From positions 6,262,001-6,326,000 of the forward strand of contig NC_081332.1 in NCBI RefSeq assembly GCF_022539665.2: a DNA stretch of 64,000 bases, written 5' to 3'. This DNA comes from Daphnia carinata (taxonomy: Eukaryota). The translations under genes were made by a program, and so were the position numbers. Positions 14,579 to 26,770 of this stretch are shown in pieces. The notes under the pieces were generated by a model, which saw only the letters and a program-made list of their open reading frames with translations, was not told where the DNA came from and ran no database searches. Within the stretch, counting starts at the first letter, position 1. Every line of letters starts with the position of its first letter.

Positions 14579-14929
14579 CATGGCCTACTATAATAACGGC
14601 CAGCAAGCGCGCAATACCCCCTGCGCCTAAAACTGAATTGCCAGAGGGGCCTAATACCCCAAATCGAAGTGCACTTTCTACAGCTTCATACCACCCATTC
14701 CAATTTCTTTTACTTTTTCCACTGATTGGCAATGGTGGAGAGGTACTACTGTCGTAGTACCTCAAACAGAATTCCACTTTCCACTGGTTTTTCCACTCAT
14801 TTCAATTCTGTATTAGTTACCAAACAGTGGAAAGTGGAGCTCGGTTTGGGGTATTAGGCCCCTCTGGCAATTTAGTATTAGGCGCAGGGGGTATTGCGCG
14901 GTTGCTGGCCGTTATTATAGTAGGCCATG
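14579..14929. mobile_element. ~350-bp MITE with ~90-bp terminal inverted repeats (superfamily unresolved)
   Basis: CATGGCCTACTATAATAACGGCCAGCAAGCGCGCAATACCCCCTGCGCCTAA... at left and near-perfect reverse complement ending ...TTATAGTAGGCCATG at right; flanks CATCAGAC/CATCCCAT (5/8 match), or an AT duplication if the ends are GG..CC. Confidence 0.85.
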
Positions 14930-16932
14930 CATCCCATTCGCCAACCCAAGTGTGCATATGTCTTTCTTGGACAATTATTTTATTTTGCTACTATGTTTGG
15001 TAAACTGCAATTATGTCCAATATTTTTGTCTTTGCATTTTAGGTTTCCTCTTAGATGATCTATACCTGATCATGTGTTCTAAAGTGATCTGCTTTCACAG
15101 CAGCTACATTTCTGTGTTCTTTTCCGTTGGTCTATGGTTCTGAATTGAGGCAGGTATATCTATTATGCTATGTCACTAAGTACTATAGGGAAAAGAATAA
15201 CTGAAGTTGATTGAGATCTATTCTGATTCTCCTGGTATCCATCTCAACAGGTTTTTATTTGCTTTTCAACACCCATTTCATAGTGGTACATATGGCTTTG
15301 ATTAATATTACCATAAAGACTGCTGAAAATGGGTGTGGTACAGAAACCCAGAAATGGCATGAGTTCAACATCAAACATGGATTAGGTACTTCTCGGTTTT
15401 TTGTCTATCGAAAAAGTATTTTTAATGCTATTATTTTGCATTCACAGAATTTTAGCAGGGGATCAAGTCAAATCTGGAAGTGTTACAAGATGGAAGAGTT
15501 GGTCTGTAGTTGTAAAAAACACTGAGAGTGCATTACTGTTAAGGTATAGGGTAAAGTAATAGAGCAATGCAAATTGTCTAATGAGAAGTATCATCTTGTG
15601 TTAATAAATCCGGTACAATCCTCATAGAATCCTTCATAGTTCTGTCACAGCTAGAAGCCTCAAATAATTCTGCTTCTCTTGCTAAAGAACAACTTGTCCT
15701 TTACGTTCAGAGTGTTGGTGAAGCTGGGTACTTAAATGGCCCTAAAGATGTTTCACTTCGCTGGCATTGCAGTGATGAACATCATACATGGACTCTTTAG
15801 GTATGAAAGGAATTTTCTTGAAAAAATTTTGAATTTATGACGAAGCATTTCTCCTCCTTTTTGCCAACCATGTCTAATCTACAAAAAAAAATTATCCAAT
15901 AGGAAAGGATTTTCAGCATACTGGGAACATAACTATCAACAATGCAACATTCCACAGGTGCTATTTTATCATTCAAGAGCCTTATATGTTGATGTTCATC
16001 TGCAATTTGTATGGCCTTTCCCAAGCTTCTGCCAGAAGTTGAATCTATGAGTCATGTAAGTCACATGAGCAACAATTGAGATGCTTAATGGTGTTGTTTT
16101 TCTTTTCTCAGCATAGGTTAATAGTAACATTGGATCTGAAAAGATTCTTGGTTGGGGCAAGACACTGAATAAATTGTAATGATTGGATGGATGACATGAC
16201 ATTTCTATACTTAATTCGGATTCCCGAGACGGTATTTTATATTTTAAAAATTGAAGTGCATATCTGGGCTCCCTTCCTTTCCGTAGCCCCGTTTCCCCTT
16301 GACTCATAATAAGCCCGTAGGGGGTCATGCCCCTACTGTACGGTATATATAAAAACAACATATACCGAGGTTTGGAGGGCTCTGGCCGGAAAGGGGACGT
16401 GGGGGTCCGCTTAGTCCGATGATGTATTCACGGAGGGCGAAGTGGCTACCCACAAATCCGAACTAAAGGTTAATCGCTCCTGTAAAAATGTTCCAAATCT
16501 TCAGCTCTTCTTCCGGCTTCTCTTAGCCAATCACCGGGTAATCTCCCCGGTGGGTCAACAAGGCAGTGTCTCCCCCTGCCTGGGTTGACGGCAACTTTTG
16601 AAAGGGCTATTATGCCTTTTTAAAGTTGCAAAAATAATTGTAATGTGCAGAGAATTGTTAATAAAATTTTTTTTATAAAATTTTTTTTGAAAAATTTGTT
16701 TCTTTCATTGTCTGTGTTAGCTGTATTCACACATTACATTTATCAACTTTTTTTTTTCTTTGCTTTATTTGTTTTTGTCACCTTTGATGGTAAGCATTGT
16801 ATCCATTGGTTTATCATTTATCTGTAAGTATTCAATTATTATTTATTACACTCTTTGAATTCTTCAACTTAGATTCAAGGAACAACGTGTAGTATCTGGA
16901 TATTTTTTGAAGTAATTTTGTATTTTATTTTA

Positions 16933-17000
16933 CCCGTATGGGAACCGATCCCCAGACATTCAGCGTGCAACGCCGATGCTCTAAAATTGAGCTACGAGAT
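16933..17000 (-). pseudogene. tRNA-like module (Ala-TGC-like loop), degenerate
   Basis: Minus strand GTAGCTCAATTTTAGAGCATCGGCGTTGCACGCTGA...GGGATCGGTTCCC: GCTC/GAGC D-stem, TCGGC/GCTGA stem with 7-nt loop GTTGCAC, degenerate B box. Confidence 0.6.
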
Positions 17001-17098
17001 ATATCTAAATATTTTATTATCGCATATTATATGTTATCGTCTAGGATGTTTATGCAGTCTTTCACAACTATATGTTTATCTTTCTATTTCTTTCAATA

Positions 17099-17167
17099 GG
17101 TTCAAAGCTCTGTGGTAGAGGCTTTAGCTGCGATACCTGTTACCCTGGGATCAAACCTCAGTAGATG
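17099..17167 (+). pseudogene. Highly degenerate tRNA-like module
   Basis: AGCTCTGTGGTAGAG (A-box/D-arm-like) and GGGATCAAACCTC (B-box-like) at tRNA spacing. Confidence 0.4.
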
Positions 17168-17284
17168 TGTAAAAATGAAGTAGAATATATGTAGAAGAGT
17201 ATATTGCAGAATTGCATTTCAGTTTTATTCTAAGTGTAAATGCAAGTCCACAAGTAACTAGAAAAAAGCCAACTTGACATCATA

Positions 17285-17356
17285 TGATTCATGGCTCATT
17301 GGTAGAGCATCGGAGCGGTATGCCGAACATTCAGGGTTCGATCCCTGGATAATAAT
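17285..17356 (+). pseudogene. tRNA-like module with intact Pol III A and B boxes
   Basis: TGGCTCATTGGTAGAGC (A box, D-arm), TCGG..CCGA stem, CAGGGTTCGATCCCTG (B box, T-arm); no convincing acceptor stem. Confidence 0.7.
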
Positions 17357-18798
17357 GGAATGTTTACAGATAAACGATAAACCAATGGAAACAATGCTTA
17401 CCATCAAAGGTGACAAAAACAAATAATGCAAAGAAAAAAAAGAGTTGATAAATGTAATGAACAATGCTAACACAGACAATGAAAGAAACAATTTTTGCAA
17501 AAAATATGTTATAAAAAAAATTTTATTGACAATTCTCTACACACTACAATTATTTTTGCAACTTTAAAAACGCATAATAGCCCTTTCAAAAGTTGCCGTC
17601 AACCCAAGCAGGGGGAGACACTGCCTTGTTGACCCACCGGGGAGATTACCCGGTGATTGGCTAAGAGAAGCCGGAAGAAGAGCTGAAGATTTGGAACATT
17701 TTTACAGGAGCGATTAACCTTTAGTTCGGATTTGTGGGTAGCCACTTCGCCCTCCGTGAACACATCATCGGACTAAGCGGACCCCCACGTCCCCTTTCCG
17801 GCCAGAGCCCTCCAAACCTCGGTATATGTTGTTTTTATATATACCGTACAGTAGGGGCATGACCCCCTACGGGCTTATTATGAGTCAAGGGGAAACGGGG
17901 CTACGGAAAGGAAGGGAGCCCAGATATGCACTTCAATTTTTAAAATATAAAATACCGTCTCGGGAATCCGAATTAAGTATAGAAATGTCATGTCATCCAT
18001 CCAATCATTACAATTTATTCAGTGTCTTGCCCCAACCAAGAATCTTTTCAGATCCAATGTTACTATTAACCTATGCTGAGAAAAGAAAAACAACACCATT
18101 AAGCATCTCAATTGTTGCTCATGTGACTTACATGACTCATAGATTCAACTTCTGGCAGAAGCTTGGGAAAGGCCATACAAATTGCAGATGAACATCAACA
18201 TATAAGGCTCTTGAATGATAAAATAGCACCCCTAGAATGTTGCATTGTTGATAGTTATGTTCCCAGTATGCTGAAAATCCTTTCCTATTGGATAAAATTT
18301 TTTTTTGTAGATTAGACATGGTTGGCAAAAAGGAGGAGAAAAGTTTCATCATAAATTCAAAAATTTTTCAAGAAAATTCCTTTCATACCTAAAGAGTCCA
18401 TGTATGATGTTCATCGCTGCAATGCCAGCGAAGTGAAACATCTTTAGGGCCACTTAAGTACCCAGCTTCACCAACACTCTGAATGTAAAGGACAAGTTGT
18501 TCTTTAGCAAGAGAAGCAGAATTATTTGAGGCTTCTAGCTGTGACAGAACTATAAGGGATTGCTGTTACACAGGATTCATTCACACAAAATGGTACTTCT
18601 CATTAGACAATTTGCATACTCTATTACTTTACCTCATACCTTAATGGTAATGCACTCTGTGTTTTTCAACTGTAGGCTCACTCTTCCATCCTGTAACACT
18701 TCCAGACTTGACTTGATCCCCCACTAAAATTCTGTGAATGCAAAATAATAGCATTAAAAATACTTTTTCGATAGACAAAAAACCGAAAAGTACCTAAT

Positions 18799-19399
18799 TC
18801 ATGTTTTATGTTGAACTCGTGCTATTTCTGGGTTTCCGTACCACAACCGTTTTTCAGCCCAAATACGGTCCCACAATTGTTCACTTCCTTCGCTGCATGG
18901 ACTTATTACTAACAATTCTTTTAGTGCAGCACTAACAGGATTTAACTTTAACACACTGTCAGGTGGTAGACTGAATAACTAAACAATAAATAATTGTTTG
19001 TTAAAATTCTATACTTATTTTGAATTCTTATTTGAAAAGTTTAGGTACCTGACTGTGTTCGCCTAATGCCAATTCATCCTCATGTTCAGTTAGGGATGAG
19101 TTTGGAAAAACCTCCTTCACTGTTTGGAAACTCGTCCGTTCCAATTCGTTCTTTTCCCCTAGCTGAGCTTGTATACTCAAAATTTGAGCTACAAAACACA
19201 AATGAATAAAAGCAAATAAATAGAATCATTACGTATTAGGTCTTACCATCCTTAGCTTTGCTGTTATCTAATATTTTGTGTTGTTCCAATAATTGGGCCT
19301 GCAGCTTCATAATTTGATCTAATAAACAATAATTAATAATTGAAAACCAATATAATAATCTTTATACTTACCATCCTTTTGTTGTATTATCTTATCCAT
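18799..19399 (-). CDS. Repeat-borne 4-exon ORF, 139 aa, N-terminal coiled coil, unknown function (copy A; possibly truncated pseudogene)
   Basis: Reverse complement of 30474-31074 with the same GT-AG introns and the same 601-bp span. Confidence 0.5.
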
Positions 19400-21479
19400 T
19401 TTAACATATTTTTGTACAGCCACGCGTTTTTCTCCAGCCACGCTACTCGACTAACTGGCAATGGGATCCAATGGACTCAAATTGACATGCCAGTAATAAC
19501 GATTCTGACCGGTAGATGTCTACGGATCGAAAAAAAAGAAAAAAGTGTGATTTTTTTTTTTTTTGGCGAAATTTTTGTTTCTGTGTAAAACGGATTGCCA
19601 TATGCCATACAATTCTGCTGCATTGCGCTAGCGCTGTAGCGTACTGGCGCCTAGCATTGTGTCAAATATTCGGTATACTTAAAAAACGATTAACATAATG
19701 AAAAGATAGCATTTCAGATGAATTATCAGACTGCACTTTTTCCGAATAACATTTTCATTATCATGAGCCATACAAATGTTTTGAACCAAAAATTTATGGA
19801 CAACCTCTTTACATCATTTTATTTCTTACTGACGAGGTTTTATCTCCCTATGAATGTTTCTTTTACACTAAATGGCATAATTTTTGTGCTGGAAACTAGA
19901 TCGTGAAACCAAAATTACAAGGGATCCTAACACTGAAGGAAGTTCAGTGATGGTTTTAACTATCCCCCCCTATGTGATTCAGATATTTATGACAGCTCAG
20001 AGCCTCCTACCTTGATTTAATATAATATAGAAACTCTTCTAATGAATCCTTTGTTGTACTAAATAGGATAACTGTTATTGGAAACTAGTTTGTGAAACCA
20101 AAATAGCTAGGGACTTTGATGCAAGAAGTTTGGTTATTTGTAGAACATCCTTAAACTTCCTATTCCAATTTAAAGCTACTGCTGTTTTGCTACCTGAAGT
20201 AATTGATCCTTTAATATTGCTTCCATATGTCACATCAGTTGATTTGTTTTCCCTTCCTTGATGTGTATTTTGCATGATTTTTTTTTCTGTTTAAGATACA
20301 TTAAACTTGTGGAAAATTCGCTACCATTACTTAAGCAACTTTTTAAAGTTGATTTACATTAGTATTCAGGCGTTTTAAAGCTTCACGACTCGATGAACAA
20401 CTTAGGATCTTCGACCCCGCCGAAGACAACAAAGCTCTCGATGCCCGTGTCATGAATAGATGGAACTTCTGTAAAACGGAAAAAAATTACGAGTTACACA
20501 TGTAGAAAGAAGGGATCATCATCGTCAGATGCAAGTGAAGTTTTCTTGGATTGAGAATTGTTTTTACTCTTGTATGGTTGCTAGAGAGTACCATCTCCAA
20601 CCATTTCCAGTTGTTTAATAAGAGAACAATATTCTGCCTAGTCTTAAATGCAAATCGCCTAAGAATGCAAATGAAAGCATGCTGCAACTTCGAAGGGAAA
20701 AGAAAACCAGAGAGGAAAATACCTGGTATACTAGATCAAGCATTTAACAAAATAAACTATAGATAACATATAAACATGTCTTGCTTTAAAGGGCACCTGG
20801 AATTTGCTCGCTGTGATATGAGCCAACAGGTCAGTTGGAAATGAAGCAGGGAGAAAAGGGCTGCAGTTAGCATCAGAATCAAATGATTTTGCAAGCATGT
20901 TTGGCACATTTACCCTTGTTTGCCATTTGGAATCATAATTAGATGTAGCAAAATCTCAGTAAACAAATCTGCTTCACTTTTGAGCATTCAATTTGAATTC
21001 ATTTTATGACACAGAGAGTAAGCTGGTGTTTCAGAATCAAAGGATATTCTCCTCTTAGAGCAAAACGACTAATGTTACATCAATTATGTTAATTATACAA
21101 AAACTGTATATTGCAATTGGCAGTATCCTTGGCGTTGGTAAATAATCTCCAACTAATCTGTGGGTTTCTTCAGTGTATGCCGCACCACACTTCCAATAGG
21201 AAAGCAAGGTTCTCATTCTTTACCCAGTTCAGTTTCAGAGATGAAATTACTTTAAACAACACAAGATTTCTAGCATGATTTGCCAAAGAAGTTTATGGGA
21301 GGTGTATTATTCTAGAATTCAAAGACTCTAAAACAGTATGTCGCTTTTATTAGTCCGCTAAGTGATAAAGTGCGGAAAATCCATTTGGTTCCTGCATTTA
21401 TTTCCACGATGTAGTCGGGCGTGGAATAAATACTATCGGCAAAAAATCGATTACCAAATGACAGATTAGCAGGACAAAC

Positions 21480-22622
21480 ATGAGTGTGTTATGGCAAATA
21501 AAAGAAAGGATACTTGGAAGCGCTATGGACCATAGACTATGGTTTTCAATGGTTAGTATTATGGGTTATCGTTAGTATTTAGTAACCCCTAGCTCTTCAG
21601 ATTGTTGAACACAGCATCCTACAGTAAGGTACGTGAATGCACGTCTGTAGTATAGTCTGTCTAGTGGTCTACCTTTTGCAAGTAATTTTGAGCCTGAGGG
21701 TAAGGCCGATCTGCCGAGGTACGATCACTGAATTTTCTAAATTTGTACACACAGCATTCAGGGTGAGTCTGCCGCACCCCCCCGAACCTCGCAGACATTT
21801 TACTTCTATAGTGTTTTTAAATAAAATCTCAGATTGAAATAAGATGCATCAGTGTGGATTATCATCTTTTTGTTTCCAGGCGTTCATTTTTCAAGTGTCA
21901 TTTTCCCAGTTGTTTGGCACCGTACTTGGTAATTTTAACTAAAGTGGTATTGTGCTGAAAGTCTTTTTAATGTATAGGATTGTTTGCAACACACATATAG
22001 GTGGTGGTAGTCAGCTTTGCCTGTCACCAAACAATTTTCATTCACCTTCAGAGTGTGGCCCTTTAGGTATTCAATCTCCATCTGAGGTGTCAGAGTCTGT
22101 TCCAGCAAAAGTGACAGAGGAAAATTATTGGTGGAATGCCACAAACGTGAAGCTTGAATTTAATATGGAGAATATTGTGGCCAACCTATTAATTATTCCA
22201 CAGCAGTTTTTCTTGTTGTTTAAATATATGTATTCCATCATGAGTTTCACCATTTGCAGTGTTTATGATGTATTGCACTACTGTGCTATTATGCCTGCCA
22301 GCTACCTTCAGAGTATTTTATTTAAGCAACTTGCAGTATTGGTTCTTCCGTGTTTTTATGGCTTATCAATGGTGCTTTTCTCTTGGCTGCTTGTTTATTA
22401 TGATAGCACAATCCCTGGAGTTTTCCCTCCTACTCCTGTTTCACCGAAAAAGCACAGGTAAATTAATCGACAGTATGAACGTCAAAAACAGTTACGATTC
22501 TAAAAGCCAACTTCATGTTTAGGTTGCAATCTGGCCATACCTTTCATCTCGGGTATTTACTTGGTCTCATCAATGGTATCATTGTTTTTGGCATAACATT
22601 GTGGCAAGAAATAATGCATTGA
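21480..22622 (+). CDS. ARL6IP6: ARL6-interacting protein 6 homolog. Exons ~21480-21551, 21880-21928, 22001-22457, 22523-22622 (5' exons less certain)
   Basis: C-terminus FSWLLVYYDSTIPGVFPPTPVSPKKHR|LQSGHTFHLGYLLGLINGIIVF matches the ARL6IP6 family motif (YxDS..PG..PPTP.SP....GH.FH.GY....NG) as recalled; splice phases are consistent. Confidence 0.8.
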
Positions 22623-23036
22623 CAGCATAGCTCTATAACAACATCGTCCCATATATCGTGTACCACTAGTCTCGGAACGTTTTGCACTATTAGTTATTTT
22701 TCCTCGAAACTGTGTTCCTTCGCCATTAAGCTCGATTCCTAACGCCATAGCATTTAGTGCTGCTGTTTAACTACTAAGTGAAAATGGAAATACCAGCCTC
22801 TTTTCCCTGTATGCAACCTTAATGAGTGAGCTTCCGCTGCGACAGCTCATCTTCGCGTTATTTCCTATAATTGAAAAAGATGCCATGAATAATGCAAATT
22901 TAAAATACATATTTATCTTGGATTTGAAGTAGGATGTATTTCATGGACATGGGATTCAGTAGCGACCTGGTTAACAAGTAATTAATGGAGTGTTACTGTT
23001 ACACTACGGTAAAAAGGCAGAAAGAAAACTGGTAGC

Positions 23037-26000
23037 TCAATCATCGTTTAGTTCTTTGAACCTCATCATTGCCAATTTCTTGACGCTTTGGCGATAATCA
23101 TCTCCTGCAACCGCGTAAGTTTTCATACCTAAACCAGCTTGGGCACTGCGACGGTCGGCCTGCGAATAGAAAACTCGAATTAAAATAGCCGATTATTACT
23201 ACGTCACACTTGTGATAACCTCTATGATGGTGGTTCTTCCTTGATTTGATTTGCCTAGGCCTTGTCCTTCCTGCCAGCCCATTTTTTGCAACAGTTTATT
23301 GCCAACATTGTTACTGGTTAGCGAGGCTCCACTCTGCGATGGACGCTCGTAGTCGGATGGAACCGATTCTGTCCGGGATCTCGAGACCGACTCCTTATGA
23401 CGGATAAATGGTCATTTAAGTTAGCAGAGCGCAGGAAAAAACGTGTAGATGGGTTTTCAAATATAGCGGCTGTGTTAACAAACTTGTTTCTTGCGTTGGT
23501 TGTTGGGTTCACTGTCGCCATGCTTCTTCCTTCTCTCTTTAGCCCGGTCACGATAGGCAACTGGAGTGTTCTGTTTTTTCCAAGCTTCAAGATTCTGTCG
23601 GTGCAAATCCGACAACTGTTGGTGTTTGACCAAAGTTTCTCGGTTGGAAAACTGCCTCTTGCACAAAAGACAAGCGAGTTTGCTCCAATCAATCAAACTC
23701 TCTAAGAGTTCTGCAGTTTTCTTTTCATCGTGACCATCACTATCGCTATCACTGCCGTATGCTACAAGAGCTGACGCTCCTAATGGTTTCTTTTCAGCCA
23801 ATTGTTTTCTCTGCAGCACTTGAAGTACTTCATTCAGACTCGACTTGTCCGTTGTTGATGCTGGTTCAGGTTCTTTTCGTCGTTCTGGTTCTGGTTCGAA
23901 AGCCGGAGCTGGAACTGCCACTTTCGTTGACTCCTTTCGCTGGTTAAGAGTTTTAGCCCATTTCTCCATATCTTTGGCTATCTTTTTTGCAACGGTAACC
24001 TTTTAAAAATCATGATTGAAAGTTAACTCAAGTGAATAGCACGATGAATATTCTATTATTACTTTGTCCTGCTTTTCCGTTTTTTCCTTCTTTTCCTCTT
24101 GGGTATTATTTAACGTTCCCATTTTGTTCTCATCCGCCGAAACGGGAACAAAACAATTTTTATCGTTGTCCCAATAACAGAATTGTTGTGTTTGCGGATT
24201 GTAAAAGTATTGGGTTTTAGAATCATAGTACAAATTGGAAGCCGTGTCATAATAGTAACCAGATTTTTCATCGTAAACGTATTTGCTTAAATCTGGCGCT
24301 AAACTCTTCTGCGATTTATCCGAACTAGATTGCAATTGATTCGTGTAGTATTGCGTATAGTACCTAGTAGAGAATGAGAAAGAAAAATAAGGTCAAAAAA
24401 TTATTCAAAATTTTTCCAATCCATATATGCTGCAAAACGTACTGTAAATAAGAGGCGTGCTCTTCTGCTGTTTTTGCGTAAAGGGAAGCCGAGTATTCCG
24501 CCAATCGCGGAATTTCTGAGGCAGTGAAGTTTACTTCACCATTGCTGCTAGGCGTAGCGACCTGTGAGCCATTGTTCGCATTGCTTACAGACCATTGCGC
24601 CGCTGCGACAGCAGTTACACCTGCCGGTGCTAAAGAATTAGTGGCATTAGACACCGAGGCGACTGGCAAAGATGTATTTCCTTGTTTGCAGTATGACACC
24701 ATGACTGACGAATAAATAGTTAGATTACAATTTGCAATGTACTAATATGCCATAAATGCTACCTTCTCGACCATCGATTTCGAGGCGTCCGACATCCGAT
24801 AAACCAGCAAACAGACGCATAGCATCGTTGGTGTTGTTCATTTCAAGGTAGCAAACTCCCCGTGAAATGTTATTCAATGGATCACGACCGATACGAACCG
24901 ACTTTATGGGTAATGTGGCGACTCCTGGGACACTTTGTAAAATACTTAAAACGCGATCTTCGTTCGTTAACACATCCATGTTGCGTAACAAGACGGCTAC
25001 CAAATATAAAAGTTTAAGTTAACATCCACGTAACGGAATAGTACTTTTCCTTACTGCTTGTGGGAAAATGAGAGATTTCTCTCTGGACATCATTCATTAA
25101 TTCAGACTCACTGCGTGGTGATTGACATTTGAAGCATACTTCACGGCGCTTGAAATTGTGTTCGCCACACTGCAACAGAAAAAGTAGTACAATCAGTGGA
25201 ACGAAAATTAAGGTAATGGATAGATGAACAATTACATGAATACAAAACCAATCTTGAGCCGCCTTGGCAGCCTTATCGTTGAAAGAATCTTTTGAGATGC
25301 TGTATTGAAGAGTAGCTTGAAACTGGTTTTCCAACACAAGACATCCCTGCAAAAACAAATAAATACAGCAAATTAGTTGGATCATAAAAAACACTAGAAG
25401 CCCCCATTTGAACTTGGTCACGAATATTGAGTAATATTTGGTTCTAGCAGATGACATCCCACGGGACTGCTGGAGCAGCCAACCGTGAACTTGTCCCCAC
25501 AAACGCGGTTAGCGCTTTGTCGTGAAGTGGGGGGTTGATGCTACCTGATTGACTTCCATCCAACGTTCAGCTTCGGGAAGACGATTAAACTCAACGAACG
25601 CGAATCCACGTGAAGTACCTAAAAGTTGGGCAACAGCACCCAGAAATATCCAATAACAAGTGCTCTATTATTGCATTTGTATACAGTCCAAGCCATTTCT
25701 CCATCATTAAACTGGAATCCCCTTCCATGGGCGCACTCGAATAATTTGGATGATAGTCCTGTGTATGATCGTGCGTTCCAAGGTTTTAACACCTGAGACT
25801 CCCTACTTCGACTACTTCGAACATGTATCGTTGGTACCCTACCCGTATCTTTTCTCCGTATCAGCCGAATGTCTTTGGCAACGAGTCCATACATCATGAT
25901 ATTTGCGCGAATCTGGCAAAAAAGAAAGACAAAAATCAAACAACGGCGAAAAGTGACCAAGAATAGAGGTCACGTACCTCGGTTTCAGCAATGTGAAGCG

Positions 26001-26770
26001 GCAAATTGCTGACCATAATGGTACTGTTGGGAGCCACAGCTCTCCAGTTGTCCGTTCGTTCATATTCCCTTTCTCGATGATCACTACAGAATAATTTTAA
26101 AAAACGTGTTAATACTAAAGAAAAACAAAAGTTTTTGAAAAAAAGAGGCACTATTTTCATTACTCATACGACGATCTATCACGATCCCTTTTACTGCGAT
26201 CACGGCTTCGACTTCTTCGTCTGTCAGCACGGCTTCGGCTTCGACTACGACTTGACCCCGAATCACTACTCCAGTCTCTTTTTTTGTTTCTCTCTCTACG
26301 TCGTCTCCTTTCTGTTGATTTTGATCTAGACCTATTCAAAAAGATTATTTAATATGAGCAACAAACAACTACATGATTGAATTACCTGGATCGTCTTTTG
26401 ATTCTATCTCTGTTTCTATCTCTATTTCTTTCCCACTCTTTTTCACTTTCTCTCCTGGATTCTGTGTTTATACTATAGTGTTCACCAGGAGGGCTTATCT
26501 CCCCATCTTCTTGAACAATTGAACCCTCATGATTCATCCTAGGGAAAAATTGAAATATAAATTGGTGTAAATAAGATCATCACTACAAATAATAACAAAA
26601 AAAAAACACATCCATATTAGAAAGCATAGTTTTTAATAGACATAATGCTCAAAGCAGACAATTAGGAGTTACAAAAGGGATTGTACATTTTTACTAGTCT
26701 ATTGCACAACGGCCTTTACTTACCAATATCCGAATGAATGCTGTCCAGTATAATTGTTGGAGTGAGCCAT
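23037..26770 (-). CDS. RBM5: RNA-binding protein 5/10 homolog (RS-rich N-terminus, RRM1, RanBP2 zinc finger, RRM2, OCRE, C2H2 zinc finger, G-patch), multi-exon
   Basis: GTSRGFAFVEF, DWFCIH|CGEHNFKRREVCFKC, SRGVCYLEM, YVYDEKSGYYYD (OCRE), EKWAKTLNQRKE, DWSKLACLLCKRQF...HQQLSDLH, NKLLQKMGWQEGQGLGK; TGA at 23037-23039; start codon assignment approximate. Confidence 0.93.

Larger units (their letters stand above)
15322..18858. repeat. Long inverted repeat: arms ~15322-16833 and ~17358-18858 with ~520-bp spacer
   Basis: Arms are reverse complements (identical 121-aa ORF at 15996-16361 - and 17826-18191 +); near-identical centrally, more diverged in the outer ~300 bp. Confidence 0.95.
14402..19602. 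mobile_element. Composite foldback repeat, copy A (left outer boundary uncertain)
   Basis: TATGGCAATCCGTTTTAC at 14402 and its reverse complement ending 19602; internal 1.5-kb inverted arms; homologous to 30266-33634; no recognisable intact transposase. Confidence 0.65.

Noticed and set aside
15640..16060. Transposase remnant in the outer arms
   Set aside because: Only vague resemblance across frameshifts; no DDE or THAP motif could be supported
16400..16460. Hammerhead ribozyme in the arm (CCGATGA...CGAA)
   Set aside because: Lacks the exact CTGANGA/GAAA core and I could not build the three stems
17285..17356. Functional tRNA gene
   Set aside because: No acceptor stem, mismatched anticodon stem and 6-nt T-loop; treated as tRNA-derived
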